DNA of 64,000 bases from a virus, in the IMG/VR virus record IMGVR_UViG_3300021964_000021, positions 1 to 64,000 of that record. One strand, written 5' to 3'. The translations under genes and the position numbers were made by a program. This document shows, in pieces, positions 1 to 9,661 of the stretch. Each line of letters starts with the position of its first letter. The first letter of the stretch is position 1. The notes beneath the pieces are model-generated. The model was not told the origin of the DNA and ran no database searches. It worked only from the letters and a program-made list of their open reading frames with translations.

Positions 1-2
1 TA

Positions 3-980
3 TCTTATTCCTCTTCTTCATCTCGTAGTCCTTATAGTAGTTTAAATACAAAACCAGGATTTATGAGATGGGTTGGATATTGGGGTGATAGTTATAGAAT
101 GAAAGGGGAGATGCTTCCTAACTCAACAACACAAGCATTGGATGAGTTGATTGATGCTGGTGTTATTTTTGTTGGAGCAGCAGGAAATAGTAACCAAAAG
201 CAGACAAGTTCTGATCATCCAGACTTTGACAACTATTGGAATACTGGACTTGGAGTTACTGTTGGAACAAACTTCTTCTATGAATTTGGTTTGAGAACAT
301 ATCCATATACCAATAGAAGAGGGTTTCCACAGCAAGGTGGAATGACTAGAACTGGTGTTGGTGGAACCATTTATACTTATCCTGTTATTAATATTGGTGC
401 TCTTGATGATGAGTATAGTTCTGCACAAGGTTATCGAGAGAGGAAGGTAACCTATAGTGATATGGGATCAGAAATTGATTGCTATGCTGCTGCTGATGGT
501 ATCCTTACTGCAGTTAATGTAAGTGGTTCTGGATATGCTCGACACGATTCTGTACCAAGTGGACAGAGTGGATTTACTTATTATTATGATAATAAATTTA
601 GTGGAACAAGTGCAGCATGTCCTGTTGCATGTGGAGTAATCGCAACTAAATTAGAGAACAATCGTGACTGGGGATGGCAAGATGTTAGGAATTGGTTGAG
701 AGGACATAACCAACCTGTTGGAGTTACTACATTACAAGTACAATCCAGTGCTGATTTTCATTATGGGCAAGACACTGCAGTATCTGGTGCTGGTGATATT
801 AGTGGTGGTCCTTGGGCAGACGTTAACAGTCTTGAGGGATCTACTCCAATCATTATTTACGATGCAGAGACTGGTAATGAATCAACACCAAGTCAACCAG
901 TTGTAATTGTTGGTGGTAGAAGAATGTTTGAGGGTGGTGGAATGAGTGTTACTGGTAACGTCACAATATCTTACGAGTGA
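3..980 (+). CDS. Subtilisin-like (S8) peptidase-domain virion protein, 5'-truncated
   Basis: Oxyanion motif VGAAGN and catalytic-Ser motif FSGTSAACPVACG; frame is open back to the window edge. Confidence 0.8.
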   Translation, partial: SYSSSSSRSPYSSLNTKPGFMRWVGYWGDSYRMKGEMLPNSTTQALDELIDAGVIFVGAAGNSNQKQTSSDHPDFDNYWNTGLGVTVGTNFFYEFGLRTYPYTNRRGFPQQGGMTRTGVGGTIYTYPVINIGALDDEYSSAQGYRERKVTYSDMGSEIDCYAAADGILTAVNVSGSGYARHDSVPSGQSGFTYYYDNKFSGTSAACPVACGVIATKLENNRDWGWQDVRNWLRGHNQPVGVTTLQVQSSADFHYGQDTAVSGAGDISGGPWADVNSLEGSTPIIIYDAETGNESTPSQPVVIVGGRRMFEGGGMSVTGNVTISYE

Positions 981-1008
981 TAAATACTAAAAAACCTGTG
1001 TTTGAATA

Positions 1009-3306
1009 ATGGCAGATAGATCTTTTGGCGTAAGAGAGATTAATATTGTTGGATCTGCTGGTACTCCTACGATCTCCAGTCCAGATAACATTAATCTAAA
1101 TGGCATTAATGTTGCTATCAGCACGGACCTTCAGGTTGGAAGGAACGTTAGTGTCGTTGGTGTATTAACTGCCACTACTCTTTATGGTGACGGTTCTAAC
1201 TTAACAGGAATCAGTGGTGGGGGAGTTGGTGTTGGCACCACTACAATTAGTACAGAATCTATTACAGTCTCTGGAGTATCTACATTTAATTCAAATGTAT
1301 TTCTGGGGGGAGGAGTATCTCCACTCCAAATATATAACGGCGGACAAAATATTCTAAAAACAAATTCTCCACTCACGGTACAGGGTGGTGGTGGATCTGG
1401 ACCAAGACTGGTCTTGAATAATAATACTAATATTCAATTAATACCAACAACTGGTAATAATGGGGTACTTCTTTATCATGGTGCGGATTTAAAACTTCAG
1501 ACAACTAATTCTGGAGTTAGTATTACTGGTGCAGTATCTTTATCAAATGTATCTGCTTCTTCCTCTGTAACCGCAGCAACTTTCTATGGTGATGGATCTG
1601 GATTAACCAATCTCCCTGGTAGTGGTGGATCAACTGCTGGCATATCTACTACAACTACATCATTCTTTAATACTATTCATGCAACTGGAACTATTGATAT
1701 TGGTACAACCAATGCTGGTGTTGCTGTAACTCACATGACCATTGACTCTGCTGATGTCAGTGGAACAATTCGCAATTCTATCAAGAGCGGTGCTGGAAAT
1801 ACTAATGCGGTATTTGATATTGAGACAAAAGAATTTTTGGTAACAGATCCATATGCTGGTAAGGGTGCATTAATTGCTGCTGATTCTTCGGGTACTAAAC
1901 TGTTCAAAGATGATTCTTTGAAGCTTCAAACCATTGGTACTGGTGTTACTGTCACTGGAACCATGTATGCTACGGCATTCTCTGGTGATGGTTCTGGTCT
2001 GACAGGAGTTCCTATCTCTGGAACCGATGGATCTTTTACTAGAGTTGATTCGCAACAGATTATCATATCAGGTCTCTCTACATTCCAGGGCAATGTTTAC
2101 CTTGGTGATAATAATGTTCTGAACATTGGTGATACCAATGATCTTCAGATTTGGCATACTGGATCTGCGTCTGTGATTAGAGATGCTGGAACTGGAGAAC
2201 TGCAAATCCAGTCAAATGGAAGTGCAATCAGATTTAGCGATACTAGTGGTAACAAATCTGCTTTGTTCAATACTAATGCTGATACTAACCTTTACTATGC
2301 AGATGCTCTGAGAATTCAGACCACTGGATATGGTGCAACAGTTTATGGAACCACACAAACTCAAAACTTGAATGTAAGTGGAGTTACTACATTTTCAAAT
2401 AGTGTTAATATTGATGATTTTGATCAATTACGATTTGGAACTAATCGTGGCGAAGGTCTCAATATAAACTATAATGGAGTTAACGGATTTATTGGATGTG
2501 CTTCATCATCATCTAATCTTTATATTCAAACTCCTCCTGGAAATGCTACAGGAATAGTTGAGATTAGGAGGGGCACTTTCCATCAAAAAATGGCAACCTT
2601 TACTGATGGTGGATCAGTAGATCTTTACTATGACAATGCTCTTAAATTTAGAACCACAAACACTGGTGCAGTTGTAACTGGTATTCTTACTGCAACAGGT
2701 AATATGACTGTTGCATCTAACTTATCATTAGAGGGTGATGGCACAGATTCATTCATTAAAGAAACTAGTGCAACTGGTGAGTTGACCATCAGCACCAATC
2801 AATTAAAGATTGAGAATCCATCGTTTGAGACTCTTGCTCGCTTCAATGAGAATTCAGATGTTCAACTTTATTATGATAATAACCTGAAGTTATCAACAAC
2901 AAATACTGGCGTTAATATAAGCGGTATTACTACGTCAACATCATTCACTACTAATAGTACAACTGGTGATGGAAGTGACAGAGGATTTACCACTAAGTAC
3001 TATATCACTGCGGATGGTTCTACATCTTACAGATTTGCTGGACCTGGTGTGGCAAATACCACAGCAAACCCAACTTTGTATCTCCATAGAGGATTTACTT
3101 ATATCTTTGAGAACTCCACAGGAAGTGCTCACCCATTTGAATTGCGAGTATCTGATGGTGGTGCGGCATGGGCACCAGGCAACTTCCTCTCTGGATCAAT
3201 CAATGGTACACAAGTACTTACGGTTCCCTTCGATGCTCAGGCATCTATTGTATACCAGTGTACTCTTCACAGCGGAATGGTGGGCACGATCAACTTTGTT
3301 TCCTAG
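1009..3306 (+). CDS. Tail fibre-like virion protein with C-terminal cupredoxin-like domain
   Basis: G/T/S-rich repeats (FYGDGSGLT, KLQTTNSGV) typical of cyanophage fibres; ends AHPF...YQCTLHSGMVGTI; ATAAATA late-promoter-like motif at ~980. Confidence 0.75.
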   Translation: MADRSFGVREINIVGSAGTPTISSPDNINLNGINVAISTDLQVGRNVSVVGVLTATTLYGDGSNLTGISGGGVGVGTTTISTESITVSGVSTFNSNVFLGGGVSPLQIYNGGQNILKTNSPLTVQGGGGSGPRLVLNNNTNIQLIPTTGNNGVLLYHGADLKLQTTNSGVSITGAVSLSNVSASSSVTAATFYGDGSGLTNLPGSGGSTAGISTTTTSFFNTIHATGTIDIGTTNAGVAVTHMTIDSADVSGTIRNSIKSGAGNTNAVFDIETKEFLVTDPYAGKGALIAADSSGTKLFKDDSLKLQTIGTGVTVTGTMYATAFSGDGSGLTGVPISGTDGSFTRVDSQQIIISGLSTFQGNVYLGDNNVLNIGDTNDLQIWHTGSASVIRDAGTGELQIQSNGSAIRFSDTSGNKSALFNTNADTNLYYADALRIQTTGYGATVYGTTQTQNLNVSGVTTFSNSVNIDDFDQLRFGTNRGEGLNINYNGVNGFIGCASSSSNLYIQTPPGNATGIVEIRRGTFHQKMATFTDGGSVDLYYDNALKFRTTNTGAVVTGILTATGNMTVASNLSLEGDGTDSFIKETSATGELTISTNQLKIENPSFETLARFNENSDVQLYYDNNLKLSTTNTGVNISGITTSTSFTTNSTTGDGSDRGFTTKYYITADGSTSYRFAGPGVANTTANPTLYLHRGFTYIFENSTGSAHPFELRVSDGGAAWAPGNFLSGSINGTQVLTVPFDAQASIVYQCTLHSGMVGTINFVS

Positions 3307-3311
3307 GGGGG

Positions 3312-3346
3312 TTGACGGATCCCAGACCATAGTGGTATTATAAATA
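3312..3346 (+). promoter_or_regulatory. Overlapping sigma70-like and T4 late promoters upstream of psbA
   Basis: TTGACG (3312)-18 nt-TATTAT (3336) with TG extension; TATAAATA at 3339-3346. Confidence 0.7.
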
Positions 3347-3434
3347 CATCAACACGTTACGGAATGTAACGAATCTCTAAGATTCATAGCGTTCCGTTTT
3401 TTGTTGTCTTGCTGAAAAGGGTCTAACCACCTTA

Positions 3435-3522
3435 CCGAGGATAAGCAAGTAAAAGATGCCTCTCATACCCGCAGTGGAGGGTGCTGTGGGAATACTAATA
3501 TTGGTTCGTCCCCCCGAACTCA
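3435..3522 (+). ncRNA. Structured psbA 5' leader, PhotoRC-II-like RNA motif
   Basis: Hairpins CCCGCAG/CTGTGGG (loop with GAGGG) and GTTCG/CGAAC (loop TCCCCC) that could form a loop-loop pseudoknot; position and pattern resemble the cyanophage psbA leader motif. Confidence 0.65.
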
Positions 3523-3541
3523 TACCTAACCCTGTTTAAAA

Positions 3542-4624
3542 ATGGCTAATTCTGTTCTTTCGCGCCAACAAGGCGCATCTACCTGGGAGGAGTTTTGTTC
3601 CTGGGTAACCTCCACCAATAACCGCCTCTATGTCGGTTGGTTCGGCGTTCTGATGATTCCAACTCTGTTGGCAGCAACTATCTGTTTCATCGTCGCCTTC
3701 GTCGCTGCTCCTCCTGTGGACATCGACGGCATCCGTGAACCCGTCGCTGGTTCACTCATGTACGGTAACAACATCATCTCTGGTGCAGTTGTTCCCTCTT
3801 CCAACGCAATTGGACTTCACTTCTATCCTATTTGGGAAGCCGCATCGCTTGACGAGTGGCTGTATAATGGTGGTCCTTTCCAACTGGTTATCTTCCACTT
3901 CTTGATCGGTATCTACGCATACATGGGTCGTGAGTGGGAACTGTCTTACCGTCTTGGTATGCGTCCTTGGATCTGTGTTGCATACTCTGCACCTGTTGCA
4001 GCAGCATCCGCAGTCTTCCTGGTCTATCCTTTTGGTCAAGGTTCGTTCTCTGACGCTATGCCTCTGGGTATTAGTGGCACCTTCAACTACATGCTTGTCT
4101 TCCAAGCAGAGCACAACATCCTGATGCACCCCTTCCACATGCTGGGCGTCGCAGGTGTCTTCGGTGGTTCTCTGTTCAGTGCAATGCACGGTTCTCTGGT
4201 TACTTCTTCGCTGGTTCGTGAAACCACCGAGAACGAGTCCCAGAACTATGGTTACAAGTTTGGTCAAGAAGAAGAGACCTACAACATCGTTGCTGCTCAT
4301 GGATACTTCGGTCGTCTGATCTTCCAGTATGCATCGTTCAACAACTCCCGTTCGCTGCACTTCTTCCTCGCAGCATGGCCCGTCATCGGCATCTGGTTCA
4401 CCGCTCTTGGTGTTAGCACCATGGCATTCAACCTGAACGGATTCAACTTCAACCAGTCCATCATTGATGGTCAGGGTCGCGTTCTGAACACCTGGGCAGA
4501 CGTTCTCAACCGTGCTGGTCTGGGTATGGAAGTCATGCACGAGCGTAATGCTCACAACTTCCCTCTCGACCTTGCTGCTGCTGAAAGCACTCCTGTTGCT
4601 CTCACCGCACCTACTATCGGTTGA
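3542..4624 (+). CDS. psbA: Photosystem II D1 protein
   Basis: [40 protein letters not shown]; uninterrupted 360 aa. Confidence 0.99.
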   Translation: MANSVLSRQQGASTWEEFCSWVTSTNNRLYVGWFGVLMIPTLLAATICFIVAFVAAPPVDIDGIREPVAGSLMYGNNIISGAVVPSSNAIGLHFYPIWEAASLDEWLYNGGPFQLVIFHFLIGIYAYMGREWELSYRLGMRPWICVAYSAPVAAASAVFLVYPFGQGSFSDAMPLGISGTFNYMLVFQAEHNILMHPFHMLGVAGVFGGSLFSAMHGSLVTSSLVRETTENESQNYGYKFGQEEETYNIVAAHGYFGRLIFQYASFNNSRSLHFFLAAWPVIGIWFTALGVSTMAFNLNGFNFNQSIIDGQGRVLNTWADVLNRAGLGMEVMHERNAHNFPLDLAAAESTPVALTAPTIG

Positions 4625-4650
4625 TAATAATCAGAATAACTGATATAATT

Positions 4651-4674
4651 AAGGGACCTACGGGTCCCTTTTTT
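4651..4674 (+). terminator. Rho-independent terminator after psbA
   Basis: AAGGGACC-TACG-GGTCCCTT followed by T run. Confidence 0.85.
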
Positions 4675-4686
4675 AATGGGCAAAAT

Positions 4687-5235
4687 ATGAAGATAGCAAT
4701 TTTTGGATCTGCTAGAACTGATCCAGAGTCTAATTTGTATAAAGCAGTAGAGAAACTTGGAAGAAATATCTCTGCACAAGGTTGGACTGTGGTAACAGGT
4801 GGTGGTCCTGGAACTATGGAAGCAGCAAACAAAGGTGCAATGGAGGGGTGTGATGGACAGCATCTTTGCTCTATAGCGCAGGCAATTTATCTTCCTTTTG
4901 AGGAAGGAATTAATAGTTATGTGCAAGAGTATGAAAAGCACGATACCTTTTATTCAAGATTAAAAACTTTTGCAGAGTGTGATGCTTTTATTGTTACTCC
5001 TGGTGGTGTAGGAACTCTTCTTGAGATGGCTCTTATCTATCAATTAGTGCAAGTTGGTCACATGGATAAAAAACCAATCATTTGTGTTGGTCGAATGTGG
5101 AGGACTTTAAAGCATTGGATTGAAGATGAGATGCTTGACAATGGGTTTATTAGTAGTCAAGATATGAAATTAATTCATTATGTTGATAGGTTCTCAGAAG
5201 CAAGGCATCTACTTAACAGCATTTTATCTAAATAA
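4687..5235 (+). CDS. LOG/SLOG family nucleotide phosphoribohydrolase
   Basis: IAIFGSAR, VTGGGPGTMEAAN and PGGVGTLLE motifs; start moved to ATG 4687, downstream of the terminator. Confidence 0.85.
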   Translation: MKIAIFGSARTDPESNLYKAVEKLGRNISAQGWTVVTGGGPGTMEAANKGAMEGCDGQHLCSIAQAIYLPFEEGINSYVQEYEKHDTFYSRLKTFAECDAFIVTPGGVGTLLEMALIYQLVQVGHMDKKPIICVGRMWRTLKHWIEDEMLDNGFISSQDMKLIHYVDRFSEARHLLNSILSK

Positions 5236-5240
5236 AAATT

Positions 5241-5909
5241 ATGAAAAAAACTATTCTTGCAGTGATTGGTGCCATCATGATGAGCACTCCTGCACTTGCT
5301 AACGAAGACAAGATCACAAAAGGGTTCTACTCCATGGATGCCATGGGATGTATGCTATTAAGAGAGTGTACTAAAGATGTTCGAGAGATTACCAGTATCA
5401 AAGATCTTAAAGATAACTATCCCAATAGGGATTATTCTGCTATTGATGTTGAGTTTGACTCAATGCTACGCACCCTTAATAAGATCGGAGTTAAAGTTTT
5501 TTTAGGGGCAGAGAGGTATTTCCCTGCAGGACACCGAGGTGTTTATCATACAGTGAGCAACAACTTCTTCCTGAATGAACGATTCATGCATCGTCAAAGT
5601 GTATTGATGAGTGTTATGCGTCATGAAGGGTGGCACGCTGCACAGGACTGTATGGCAGGCAGCATTAAGAATAATTTGATTGCAATTATTAATCCAGAAG
5701 AAGACGTTCCTATGATCTGGCGTGAAATGGCAGAGCGCACTTATCCTGCTGAGGCAGTTCCCTGGGAAGCAGAAGCGGGTTGGGCAGGTCGCACAGAAGG
5801 AATGACTGCTAAAGCACTAGAAGCATGTGCTACGGGGAAGATGTGGGAAATTTATAAACCTACTCCCTTAACAGAGAAGTGGTTGAAGGAGAACGATTAC
5901 ATTAAATAG
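5241..5909 (+). CDS. Cyanophage protein with signal peptide and HExxH zinc-peptidase-like motif
   Basis: Signal-like N-terminus (..TPALA); VMRHEGWHAAQD and downstream EAEA. Confidence 0.6.
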   Translation: MKKTILAVIGAIMMSTPALANEDKITKGFYSMDAMGCMLLRECTKDVREITSIKDLKDNYPNRDYSAIDVEFDSMLRTLNKIGVKVFLGAERYFPAGHRGVYHTVSNNFFLNERFMHRQSVLMSVMRHEGWHAAQDCMAGSIKNNLIAIINPEEDVPMIWREMAERTYPAEAVPWEAEAGWAGRTEGMTAKALEACATGKMWEIYKPTPLTEKWLKENDYIK

Positions 5910-5911
5910 TA

Positions 5912-6133
5912 ATGTATAGTTTTTGGATTCACTTAGTAGCATTCTTCCAAGTTGTTGTGATGAATTGTATTCAACCCGTCAACTGGAAGTATTGCTATAG
6001 GGTAGATCAGTGGTTAATACCAGATCTTATTGAAGGATATGAGATCTGGACCAAGCAAAAGCATCCTTATCAAAACGAAAAGGACTACCTGAACAGTGTA
6101 CAGGGAACCACATCTACAAAAAAAGAGCGATGA
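5912..6133 (+). CDS. Hypothetical protein
   Basis: Co-oriented and tightly packed ORF, 73 aa. Confidence 0.55.
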   Translation: MYSFWIHLVAFFQVVVMNCIQPVNWKYCYRVDQWLIPDLIEGYEIWTKQKHPYQNEKDYLNSVQGTTSTKKER

Positions 6134-6326
6134 ATGTGCTAAGATTTGGCACGAATGGTTTAAGCAGAAGTATGAAATAAAAGATAAAGAAAAAGCAAAG
6201 GAACTAAGGAAGATTTGGTGTACTTGTTGTGATGAGTTTGGTGAAATGGTAAGTGAGGAAGTCAAAACAAATCCTCGCTATAATAGTATATCAATAGACA
6301 TAAAGCATCCTGAACCACCTAGATAG
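6096..6326 (+). CDS. Hypothetical protein
   Basis: Co-oriented 76-aa ORF filling the gap before petE. Confidence 0.55.
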   Translation: MYREPHLQKKSDECAKIWHEWFKQKYEIKDKEKAKELRKIWCTCCDEFGEMVSEEVKTNPRYNSISIDIKHPEPPR

Positions 6327-6345
6327 TATTAGTTGCAATTGCCTA

Positions 6346-6669
6346 ATGAAGTTTTTATTTGCACTACTTGCTACACTTTTTCTTGCTACACCTGCTTGGG
6401 CTGTAGATGTCATGATGGGTGCTAATGGTAACCTAGTATTTGAACCAGCAGAGGTTTCTATTGCTGCTGGTGAATCTGTCCACTTTGTTAACAACATGCT
6501 TCCTCCTCACAATGTGATTGTAGAGGATCATCCTGAACTCGGTCACGAAGGTCTTGCTATGATGCCTGGTGAAGAGTTTGATGTTGCCTTCCCAGAACCT
6601 GGTGACTACACATACTGGTGCGGTCCTCACAAGGGTGCTGGTATGATCGGTACTGTTCATGTCTCATAA
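6346..6669 (+). CDS. petE: Plastocyanin
   Basis: Signal peptide (TPAWA), PPHNV and YWCGPHKGAGM copper ligands. Confidence 0.97.
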   Translation: MKFLFALLATLFLATPAWAVDVMMGANGNLVFEPAEVSIAAGESVHFVNNMLPPHNVIVEDHPELGHEGLAMMPGEEFDVAFPEPGDYTYWCGPHKGAGMIGTVHVS

Positions 6670-6784
6670 TCACAACTATGAACCTATGCCTGCCTGGGTT
6701 CCCTGGGCAGGTGTAGGTCTGATGATATTTGTGATCATTATATTTGTTGTTTTTACTCTCTCACTCATTTACTTTCCTAATTAG
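6659..6784 (+). CDS. Small single-TM protein, 41 aa (not in ORF track)
   Basis: MSHNHNYEPMPAWVPWAGVGLMIFVIIIFVVFTLSLIYFPN; overlaps the petE end and fills the gap to the psbD promoter. Confidence 0.55.
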   Translation: MSHNHNYEPMPAWVPWAGVGLMIFVIIIFVVFTLSLIYFPN

Positions 6785-6787
6785 TGC

Positions 6788-6821
6788 TTGACCTCTATTG
6801 TAAAGTATTGTAAACTAAATA
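6788..6821 (+). promoter_or_regulatory. psbD promoter with embedded HLR1-like direct repeat
   Basis: TTGACC-17 nt-TAAACT; ATTGTAAA-GT-ATTGTAAA at 6797-6814; CTAAATA late-like motif at 6815. Confidence 0.7.
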
Positions 6822-6845
6822 CTGAAAGTAAAAACAATGGGGGTT

Positions 6846-7907
6846 ATGACAACTTCAACTCTTTCAAAACCTATTCCACAAAGGGGGTGGTTCGATGTCC
6901 TTGATGACTGGCTTAAACGAGATCGCTTTGTCTTTGTGGGTTGGTCTGGACTACTTCTTTTTCCCACTGCTTATCTCGCAATTGGTGGCTGGCTTACTGG
7001 CACGACGTTTGTTACAAGCTGGTACACTCACGGACTCGCAAGTAGTTATCTTGAGGGTGCTAATTTTCTTACAGCGGCAGTGTCAACTCCTGCTGACGCT
7101 ATGGGTCATTCTCTTCTTCTACTTTGGGGTCCTGAGTCTCAGGGGGACATTATCAGGTGGTTCCAATTGGGAGGACTCTGGAATTTTGTGGCGCTCCACG
7201 GAGCCTTTGCTCTCATAGGATTCATGCTTCGGCAGTTTGAAATCGCTCGTCTCGTAGGGATTAGACCGTACAATGCTATCGCTTTTTCAGGTCCGATTGC
7301 TGTCTTTACTTCTGTTTTTCTCATTTACCCTCTCGGACAATCCAGTTGGTTCTTTGCGCCGTCGTTTGGTGTTGCAGCGATATTCCGCTTCTTACTCTTC
7401 CTACAGGGCTTCCACAACTGGACGCTCAACCCGTTCCATATGATGGGTGTGGCAGGTATCCTGGGTGGAGCATTGCTCTCAGCAATTCATGGCGTTACAG
7501 TAGAGAATACTTTGTATGAAGATGGAGAACAGGCAAACACTTTCAAAGCGTTTGACAGCACTCAAGAGGAAGAGACGTATTCTATGGTCACAGCTAATCG
7601 TTTTTGGTCGCAGATTTTTGGAATCGCGTTTAGCAATAAACGTTGGTTGCATTTCTTTATGCTTTTTGTTCCTGTCATGGGTCTTTGGGTCAGTAGTTTG
7701 GGGATTATTGGTCTTGCTCTTAATCTTAGGGCTTATGATTTCGTGAGTCAGGAGATCAGAGCGGCAGAGGATCCTGAGTTCGAGACGTTCTATACCAAGA
7801 ACATTCTATTGAATGAAGGTCTACGTGCCTGGATGGCACCAGTGGATCAACCACATGAAAACTTTGTATTTCCTGAAGAAGTATTGCCACGAGGCAACGC
7901 TCTGTGA
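6846..7907 (+). CDS. psbD: Photosystem II D2 protein
   Basis: [43 protein letters not shown]. Confidence 0.99.
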   Translation: MTTSTLSKPIPQRGWFDVLDDWLKRDRFVFVGWSGLLLFPTAYLAIGGWLTGTTFVTSWYTHGLASSYLEGANFLTAAVSTPADAMGHSLLLLWGPESQGDIIRWFQLGGLWNFVALHGAFALIGFMLRQFEIARLVGIRPYNAIAFSGPIAVFTSVFLIYPLGQSSWFFAPSFGVAAIFRFLLFLQGFHNWTLNPFHMMGVAGILGGALLSAIHGVTVENTLYEDGEQANTFKAFDSTQEEETYSMVTANRFWSQIFGIAFSNKRWLHFFMLFVPVMGLWVSSLGIIGLALNLRAYDFVSQEIRAAEDPEFETFYTKNILLNEGLRAWMAPVDQPHENFVFPEEVLPRGNAL

Positions 7908-7913
7908 TATACT

Positions 7914-7938
7914 AAGAGGGTTAACACCCTCTTTTTTT
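7914..7938 (+). terminator. Rho-independent terminator after psbD
   Basis: AAGAGGG-TTAACA-CCCTCTT plus T run. Confidence 0.8.
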
Positions 7939-8211
7939 ATGCTTGGAAGTCTTGAACCAGAAGAACGTATTATGTCTGAACCAAGTTTGAGTGAGCAGAT
8001 TGCTTCTGCTATTAAAAATCTTGGATGGGAAGTAGATGATGATGTTGCTGTAGAAATTGGCGGCACATCTGTTTACGAAATTGATGGTGCAGGCACTAAA
8101 TGGGCACCAGTCAAAGGAACTCGTAAGTACAATAAGGATGCTTTTATTGTAATCAAGAACAAGACTCGCGATCCTATTGTTCCTTCTCAACCAAATCCAG
8201 ATCTAAAGTAG
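7939..8211 (+). CDS. Hypothetical cyanophage protein
   Basis: ATG just after the terminator, in frame with track ORF 7813..8211. Confidence 0.65.
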   Translation: MLGSLEPEERIMSEPSLSEQIASAIKNLGWEVDDDVAVEIGGTSVYEIDGAGTKWAPVKGTRKYNKDAFIVIKNKTRDPIVPSQPNPDLK

Positions 8212-8228
8212 CATCATGAGTGAGAACT

Positions 8229-8858
8229 ATGTCATTATTTTATAAAAATAATTCGGCAATATATCATGTACATATTCCAAGAACTGGTGGGAGATTCATT
8301 ACTCAAACTTTACTAAGTAATGATTATGAGATTGCAAACCATACGTGCGATGACGATGTAATTTTATATGGTATTGAGTGTTATCACTTGCACTACCCAC
8401 TGTATGAATATTTTGAAGATGTATCAAGTTCATTACAATTTACAGTTTGTAGAAATCCTATTACCAGATTCTGGTCAGAGTTTTCTACTATTGCAATAAA
8501 AAGGTCCTATACTCAAGAGGATATAGAACCTTTAGATGACTATGATAATTTTTGCTATTGGATAGATTATGAACGAATGGTTCATCACTATGCAAAAAAT
8601 TGGTTTAGACCACAACATGAATTTGTAAGCGATAAAACTATCATTTGGAAATTTGAAGATGGTCTTGGTAATTCATTTAGATCTTGGTTTTATGAATTAA
8701 CTGGTGATAAATTGGAGGACAAAGAATACTCATATTATGGTGATGAAGAAACAGAATTAAACCCCAAACGAAAAGAATTTACATTATCAAAATCCATCAT
8801 GGATAATGTTTGTAAATATTATCAAGAAGACTTTAAGAGGTTTAATTATAATGAGTGA
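8229..8858 (+). CDS. Sulfotransferase family 2-like protein
   Basis: 5'-PSB-like HIPRTGG and 3'-PB-like RNPITRFWSEF; FRPQHEF. Confidence 0.75.
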   Translation: MSLFYKNNSAIYHVHIPRTGGRFITQTLLSNDYEIANHTCDDDVILYGIECYHLHYPLYEYFEDVSSSLQFTVCRNPITRFWSEFSTIAIKRSYTQEDIEPLDDYDNFCYWIDYERMVHHYAKNWFRPQHEFVSDKTIIWKFEDGLGNSFRSWFYELTGDKLEDKEYSYYGDEETELNPKRKEFTLSKSIMDNVCKYYQEDFKRFNYNE

Positions 8859-9441
8859 AAATGTTGTTCCATTGTTTCCAACACCAGTTGGTGCCTATGA
8901 GATTGATGTTGATCTAGATTTTGTATATAAAAAAATTACGGAATATACATCTGCTCCTCATTTTTTATTAGAAGATTCTGATTCTAGCTTTGGACAAGAT
9001 AGTAACATTTTACAAGATTCAGATCTTGCTGATCTTAGATTAAAACTATTGGAATGTATTAAAGACTATACTGATACCACATGTCTTCAAGAACTTGAGA
9101 TTACAGGTGCTTGGTATAATCAAATGAGAAAAGGTGATAAAGTTACTCTACACCGACATGAAGGGAGTGTTATTAGTGGTGCTTTTTATGTCAAGACCGA
9201 TGAGAATACAGTTCCTCTCAGATTTCAAACACCATTAAAACCATATAAAATGAACGACTTATATGAGAATTTTAATTCTCAGTATGCAAGTTCTGGAGTT
9301 CAGATTAATGTTCAACCAGGAAGTCTTTTATTGTTTCCTAGTTGGTTGGAGCATGAGACTGATGCAGAGAAAGGTGAGAGGTGTGTGATTAGTTTTAATA
9401 CTTTTTATCGAGCAGCGATGTTTGTGAATCCTGACACCTGA
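8851..9441 (+). CDS. 2OG-Fe(II) oxygenase-like (TIGR02466-type)
   Basis: LFPTPV, HRH-x4-SGAFYV, LLFPSWLEH, RCVISFN. Confidence 0.8.
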   Translation: MSENVVPLFPTPVGAYEIDVDLDFVYKKITEYTSAPHFLLEDSDSSFGQDSNILQDSDLADLRLKLLECIKDYTDTTCLQELEITGAWYNQMRKGDKVTLHRHEGSVISGAFYVKTDENTVPLRFQTPLKPYKMNDLYENFNSQYASSGVQINVQPGSLLLFPSWLEHETDAEKGERCVISFNTFYRAAMFVNPDT

Positions 9442-9493
9442 GTTGACTCATCTTTGAAACTATCTAATATAGTAGTGGTTAGCATCAGAACAT

Positions 9494-9661
9494 ATGCCTA
9501 CTGGAATCGTGAGTAAAGTGGATTTACTCTCACGGGTTTTAAAACTAAAAGATAATATCTACCACAAGAGATGGTATCCTCACTGGAATGATCAAGAACG
9601 TAAGGCTGCAGATGATGCAATCAATAACGTATTAGACATTCTAGACGAGTATAGGTTATGA
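9494..9661 (+). CDS. Small hypothetical protein, 55 aa (not in ORF track)
   Basis: MPTGIVSKVDLLSRVLKLKD...ILDEYRL; ATGA overlap with PTOX start; TTGACT..TAATAT promoter-like sequence at 9443-9470. Confidence 0.6.
   Translation: MPTGIVSKVDLLSRVLKLKDNIYHKRWYPHWNDQERKAADDAINNVLDILDEYRL

Noticed and set aside
3355-3371. NtcA box upstream of psbA
   Set aside because: GTTAC-N5-GTAAC does not fit GTA-N8-TAC; better read as an RNA hairpin.
3752-4555. 267-aa antisense ORF over psbA (likewise 12913..14163, 25868..28165, 53966..54565)
   Set aside because: Mirror-frame shadows of strongly codon-biased genes; no recognisable motifs.
3542-7907. Intron or homing endonuclease in or near psbA/psbD
   Set aside because: Both genes are continuous and no HNH, GIY-YIG or endonuclease VII motifs were seen between them.
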